Positions 57,713-64,000 of a stretch of DNA of 64,000 nt are shown one piece after another (the stretch's first letter is position 1; every line of letters begins with the position of its first letter). This DNA comes from Eledone cirrhosa (Eukaryota). The notes below the pieces were generated by a model. The model made no database searches. It was not told the DNA's origin and saw nothing but the letters and a program-made list of their open reading frames with translations. The DNA is taken from positions 85,622,001-85,686,000 of the forward strand of contig OZ024744.1 in NCBI GenBank assembly GCA_964016885.1, in the 5' to 3' direction. Made by a program: the position numbers and the translations under genes.

Positions 57713-58469
57713 GAAGAAGAAGAAGAATAAGGGAAGAAGACGCACGAGGTGGCGGAGGTCATGAAATCGCTCCCGTAAGTTTTGAATTTTTAACATATTT
57801 AAATCATTTGTGAAATAACAACTCTTAGTACAAATGCTACGTAAAGCACCCGGCTTGAGCCCCCAAAAATTCGGACCCAAAATATATTGTTATAAGGCTC
57901 AAATATTCAAATATTCAACTTTGTATTGTACACTGTATATCCAAAAAAGAAAATGGCTATAAATGGAAGAAGAACCCCCCCCCCCTCCTCTCCTCTGTCT
58001 ACACTATATAGAACAGCCAAACTCACCAACACCAGAAACTAGATACACCACCCACCCCATCACCTGTGTACACTAAACACAACAGCCAGATAACGGCATT
58101 TTCACCACCACCGCTCACTACGGCCATCATTACCACCATTATCCCATCACCGCCGCCACCACCCCTTCACTCCTTCACTGCTACCACTGCTACAGCACCA
58201 TCACTACAGTAATACGGTCACATCACCGCCACCACTGCCTCGGTATCGACATCACCACCACCACTATCTCAGTATCGCTTCCGCCGCCAGTCACCCACTT
58301 TTCCCAGCTGGCTGCTGCCACCACATTATAGAATCCCTACTGCTAAAAAAGAGGAAGGCATCAAAATATATAGATAGACTCAAAAGAAAAAAGAAAAAAC
58401 AAACAACAAAACCAGAGCAGCACAGCAACAACAGCAAAAAACGAGAAAAACAAACGGAGACACACCCCC

Positions 58470-58522
<53 letters not shown>

Positions 58523-58707
58523 GTAAAGAAAATTAGAATGAAGAGAGAAGCAGGCGGACGGACAGAGAAGAGGGGGGAAAAACTAAAACTTAAAAAACAA
58601 AAACTAAGTCAGACATTCGAACACTATACATTACAATGAAACTTATGCTTATTCATTTTTGGGGCCTTTCTGCCTGTGTGTTTGTTTGTTTATGTGTGTT
58701 CGTATAC

Positions 58708-61700
58708 AGCGTGGTGATAATGCCACACAAGGGCCAAGTGGAATGGCGGATCCACAGATGGCTATGTAACCATACATTCGCCAATCCTCGATAAGAGTGT
58801 TTAAATATCGAACATAAACAGTTCGAATAACGGTGAAATGGAGACTAGAACGTCATGTGACAGACTCTCACCCAACAGGTGTCCCCTGGCTCAGCAGCAG
58901 GAACCTGACTGTCAACCAAATACTGCTGATGTTGGAGGAAGGAGAAGAAGGAAAGGGGCCAGAACCAACTGGACGAAAGAATTGAATAGAACTGTTATAC
59001 AATGTTACCTGAAAAGTAACCCCAAGGAGAGGGGCTACAGGAGACGGATGCATAACATCTGGAACGAGATTGGTTTATTTAAATTAGATGAACAAAAATT
59101 GGCCGGGCAGGCTCGGGTAATAAGAACTAATGGGTGGATAAGCGAGCTGGAACTGGAGGAACTGAGCAGAGAGAATGGCTTGGAGATGGCGGGTGTAGTA
59201 TGCCAGACAAGCGAGCCAGTGGGAAATGAAGGTGAAGAGGTCCTGAGAACGGAGGAACCACCCGAAGCAGACAATGATCTGAATACTGAGATAAATAATA
59301 CCTGGAACAGAGATACGGCCACTGAGGCGATGAATGCTGACGGGCTAGGACAAGATTCGGTTGACATCCTAAATTTAGTGGTAGATGAATTGAACAATGA
59401 TAGTGGGAGACCTATGAACCTAAGATTTGTAGACAGGAAAAAGTTAAAAGAAACAACAGCTAAGGTAAACAAAGTCATCCCATACCTTGAGGCGAGGAGC
59501 CTTCACCAGTGCAACAATATCCTCAAAGCAACAGCAAATACGGTGAGGAAACTACTTGGTATAAAAGCGAGAGGAAACAACAGACAAGAAAGAGCAGAGC
59601 CGTGGTGGAAGAAGCGACTGAGTGGGCAAATCGGGGAAATGAGAAATGACATAGGAAAGCTTGAGTCACTACTGAATGGGACACTAAAAAACATAGGCAC
59701 TAAAAATAGACTGGAAATAAAATACAAAACTAGGAGGAAAAAGCTAAATATTATCATAGAGGAACTGAAGCAACGCATTGTAGCAAAGAGTGCAAAAATC
59801 AGGCGATACGAGAACAGAGTCAGTCAGTATAAACAGAACCGCATGTTCGACAACAACCAGAAGATGCTGTTTGGACAGCTTGAGGGGAAAGAAAGAGGCA
59901 ACGACTTGATCCCTGAGGCGGAAAAAACTAAAACATTGTGGAGAGGAATATGGGAGCAGGATGTTAGACATAATGACCAGGCAGTGTGGATTGAGACAGT
60001 ACAGAAGGAGATCAGTGAACAGGCACGCCAACAAACTGATTTGAGTATCACAGTTGAAACTCTTAAGGGGCAGGCCAAAAAACTAACCAATTGGAAATCA
60101 CCAGGCCCAGATGATGTGCAGGGGTATTGGATTAAAAACATAACATCCCTCCATCCGAAACTGACAACCATGTTCAATGACTGCTTGATGTCAGGTGAGG
60201 TACCAGGGTGGTTGACAATAGGTACCACAGTTCTTATAATGAAAGACCGAATCAAGGGTAATGATGTCTGTCCGTAATGTGGAAACTGTTGACAAGCATT
60301 GTGTCTGAGGAAATCTACCATCACCTCCACACAAACAACTTGTTACCGGACGAACAGAAAGGATGCCGAAAGAATTCCCGTGGTACAAAGGACCAGTTAC
60401 TTATTGATAAGATGGTAATGAGGAATTGCAAGAGGAGACACACTGGTCTTGCCATGGGATGGATAGACTACAAAAAGGCATTTAACATGGTGCCTCATTC
60501 TTGGATCACCAAAAGCCTGGAGATCTTCAAGGTGGCAGATGACATCAGGCAGTTGTTGGGCAAAAGTATGAATTCCTGGGAAACAGAGTTAACATCAACT
60601 GGAGAATCCTTGGGAAGCGTGAAGAACAAGAGAGGTATCTTCCAGGGAGATAGTCTGTCCCCTCTGTTGTTTGTCCTTGCTCTGATGCCCCTGACCAGTG
60701 TACTGCGAAAAGTGAGAGCAGGATACAGGTTGGGAAAGGAAGGGCTTACCATCAATCACCTCCTCTTCATGGACGATCTTAAGCTCTTCGGGAAGAGTGA
60801 GAAGGAGTTGGATGTGCTTGTTGACACTGTCCGTATTTTCAGCAATGATATATGTATGCAATTTGGTATTAGTAAGTGTGGAGTCATTGTGATGAGGAGG
60901 GGTAAGTTGAGCAGAAGTAACGGAATCCAGATACCAACAGGTGAGATGATAAAAGAAATTGACTCTGAGGAAGGATACAAGTATTTGGGCGTTCTGGAGG
61001 CTGATGACATCAAGAACAAAAAAATGAAGGAATTGATAAGAACTGAATACCTTCGGAGAGTAAGGAGCGTATTAAAGTCACATCTGAACAGTAGGAATGC
61101 CATAAGTGCAGTAAATTCCCGAGCTGTGTCTATTATTAGGTACAGTGCGGGAATTCTGAGATGGAATGTTGCTGAACAAAAAGAAATGGATAGGAAGACT
61201 AGGAAGCTATTGACTATCGACAATATGTTCCACAAGAGGAGTGATGTCGATAGACTCTACTTAAGGAGATCTGAGGGAGGAAGAGGTCTTATCAGCATAG
61301 AGGACTGTGTTCAGATGGAGAAAAAACAACCTGCACAAATACGTGACTGATAGTAAGGAGCCAATGCTCAGAACTGTACTGAAGGAGGGGACAATAGGCC
61401 AGGGTATGTCCAGGGAGGAAATAACATCAAGGAGAAAGAGCAACCTTCAGGAAAAATCCCTTCATAGTACCTTCTTTGAGAAAACTGAATTTAGAGATCC
61501 ACAGACATGGAACTGGTTGAAAAGAGGAGACCTTAAAAAGGCTACAGAAGGAATGTTAATGGCTGCGCAGGAGCAGGCCTTCAAAACGAAGTGGTTGAAA
61601 CACCACATTTACAAGGAGGAGGCTAGCCCACTATGCAGGATCTGTGGAGAGAGAAAGGAGACTGTGGCTCACATTGTATCCGAGTGTAAACACCTAGCCC

Positions 61701-62280
61701 AGACTCACTATAAGGGCTGTAGACATGATGTGATGGGCAGGGTGATCCACTGGCACCTAAGCAAAGTAAACAATTTACCACATTCTGAGAAGTGGATGAG
61801 CATAAGCCAGAGGCGGTGATAGAAAACGATCAGGTGAAGGTGCTGTGGGATTTTAGGATACAGACGGGCAAGAAACAGGAATACAATAGACCTGACCTGG
61901 TGGTTTTGGACAAAGAAAAAAGATCGCGCCTGATTGTGGATGTGGCCTGCCCGTTCGACACGAGAGTGCAAGAAAAGGAGAGGGAGAAAATTAACCGATA
62001 CCAGGACTTAGAGTGGGAGGTAAAAAGGATTTGGAACTACCATGAAGTCAAAGTGATCCCGATTGTCATAGGCGCACTAGGGACTATCTCAAAAAGTTTG
62101 CAGGGATGGTTAAAGAAAATTGGCCCCTTCACGCTTTTTGGAACGCTTCAAAAGGCATGCTTGCTGGGAACAGCAAGAACCCTCCGATACGTCCTGAATA
62201 TCTGAGGCTGCAGGTAGTGGCTTGATATTCATCTCAACAAACTTTCCAGTTAACTAACATCAATGACTGGGACTCAAACA
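58708..62280 (+). mobile_element. R4/Dong copy D, full length but frameshifted (ORF 58838-62205)
   Basis: ORF pieces 58838-60277, 60277-61350, 61307-61819, 61792-62205; TAA tail. Confidence 0.92.
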
Positions 62281-62303
62281 GTAATAACAATAATAATAAT
62301 AAT

Positions 62304-64000
62304 GTTTTCTTTATTTACCACAAGGGTTTACATAAAGTAGACATTAAGGACAGTGCAGGACAAAACAGGACGGTACAAATGGGCATTTCTGCGTGTAAAA
62401 AAAAACAGAGGATGTAATAAAATAACAAAGAAAGATTCCCCAATAGAGGGGAGACTTCCGATGGACATTTGTGGAGAAAGCCCATTAAAAGACCACAGTG
62501 ACCCTGACCACCAGGGAAAGTGCCCTCTCCCAGTTTTCCACCTTTAATTTACAGACACATACTCAGAGTAGGCCCATTCACTCGGGCCATACTTGCTTCT
62601 CTCACCCATCTTTCAACAAAATGCTTGAAAGAGAGCACTTTCCTCTCTAACCTGATTTTCCTTTTCAAATGAAATAGGAAAAAGTCAATCAGGGCATCAC
62701 CGAAGAGGTAAGTGCTCGTCTTCAGCCCTTTCAAACGTGTCCACCATACTATCTCTTTCGCCATGGCGACCAGACAGATAAAAACTGCCCTTCCAGGCTA
62801 AAGGAAGAGGGCGGGGAAATACTCACGATGGACTCAGCTGATAGCTGGATACGTCCTACACGCGACAGCAGGTTTTCAACATAAACACACAAGTCAGCAA
62901 TGCTCGGACACTGGACGAGTGCGTGCAGGACGATTTCGTCGCCCTGCGCGCATCTCGGACATGCCCGGCCGACGGCACCTCCATGCCTGTAGAGTTTATC
63001 CCGAACTGGCAAAGCTCCTCGGTAGCACTGCCAGGCCAGGGATATCTGGAAGTTGTCCATAAGGCCCGGCCCGAAAGTTCTTCCGAAGAGATTGGCTAGT
63101 TGATTTTCGTCGACGCCTAGAGTTTCTCCAAGTACGTCGTCGCTCTTCCCCTCCACTAATCCTCTATAGAACGCCAAGGTGGAGTTTCCACCGATCACAT
63201 TGCCCGATTGGTCGAGGGCTGTGAGCACCTGAAAACATTCCAGTCTCCAAGCGCTCCCTCTCCGTCTTCGCTTGACCCAGGACAGCAGCTCCGTCAAGGA
63301 GACGAGCTGGGAAAAGACGTGTCTAGCCAACGGCGACCACACCTGATCACCGTAGAGGAAGAGGTGGAGACGTCGTAACCAAAGCGCGTGTCTGCGCATC
63401 ATCAGCCACGGCATTCCCAGCCCTCCACGTAGCGGGTGTTGACAGCAGATGGACCGACTGACCATCGGAGCGCGTCCCTTCCACAAAAAGCGAAAGAGCA
63501 AACGCTCCATCGCAATCAGGCGGGGCTTAGGACAAGGTACGACGGTCAGGCGGTTGCAGATGACAGACGCGATGTACGCGTTAGCCACCTCCGCTCGACC
63601 TTTCAGGGATAGCTTCCTCTCGGCCCATTTCTGGGTGAGAGAAGCCACCCTGCTCGTCACCTCGTCGCAGTTTTTGTCCGTCTGGAGGTCCGGACCGTAC
63701 CAGACCCTAACAATTTAACCGGTCCGTCCGTCCAGCGCCCGACGACGCTGTTGGACGGCATGGACCTGCCTCTCCAGGTGCCGAGCTGCAGGCCCACTGA
63801 CTTTTCCTGGTTGATCATTGCTCCTGTCACCTCTTCGTATTCACTTAGTGTAGTGCCGATCGCCTCGATGTGACATCGTCCGCATATGCTGACACGGATC
63901 TTCCTCATCCTAGTTCGCGCGGGACCCCCCTCAACGTCCCCAGTTTGTGCAGTAATGGCTCGAGAGACAATACGTACAAGAGGGACGAGAGGGGACATCC
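62304..64000 (-). mobile_element. Tx1/L1 copy c, 3' part (runs off the window)
   Basis: Homologous to copy a; retains the RKLSLKGR..GGLGMP segment deleted in copy a. Confidence 0.9.

Overview
AT-rich, microsatellite-saturated eukaryotic DNA with no recognisable host gene. The repeat content suggests an animal, plausibly a cephalopod such as Octopus (inference only). Positions 1-39 kb are (TA)n/(CA)n/trinucleotide arrays containing three different Penelope-like element (PLE) GIY-YIG remnants, a decayed APE-RT LINE, a Tx1/L1-type 3' fragment, tRNA-headed SINEs and many fold-back (inverted-repeat) inserts in (TA)n. By eye these inserts carry about 20 type I hammerhead-ribozyme (HHR) motifs. Some are canonical; others are variants (U3-A8 covariation, CAGA core, long stem II, possible pseudoknot). 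Several inversion boundaries fall at predicted cleavage sites or stem II loops. Positions 39-64 kb are a nest of (TAA)n-associated non-LTR retrotransposons: R4/Dong-type RT-RLE elements on + and Tx1/L1-type APE-RT elements on -, joined tail-to-tail, with a near-identical ~7.8 kb tandem duplication whose junction contains a templated insertion. All calls come from manual reading, no searches were run, and coordinates are approximate to a few bases.
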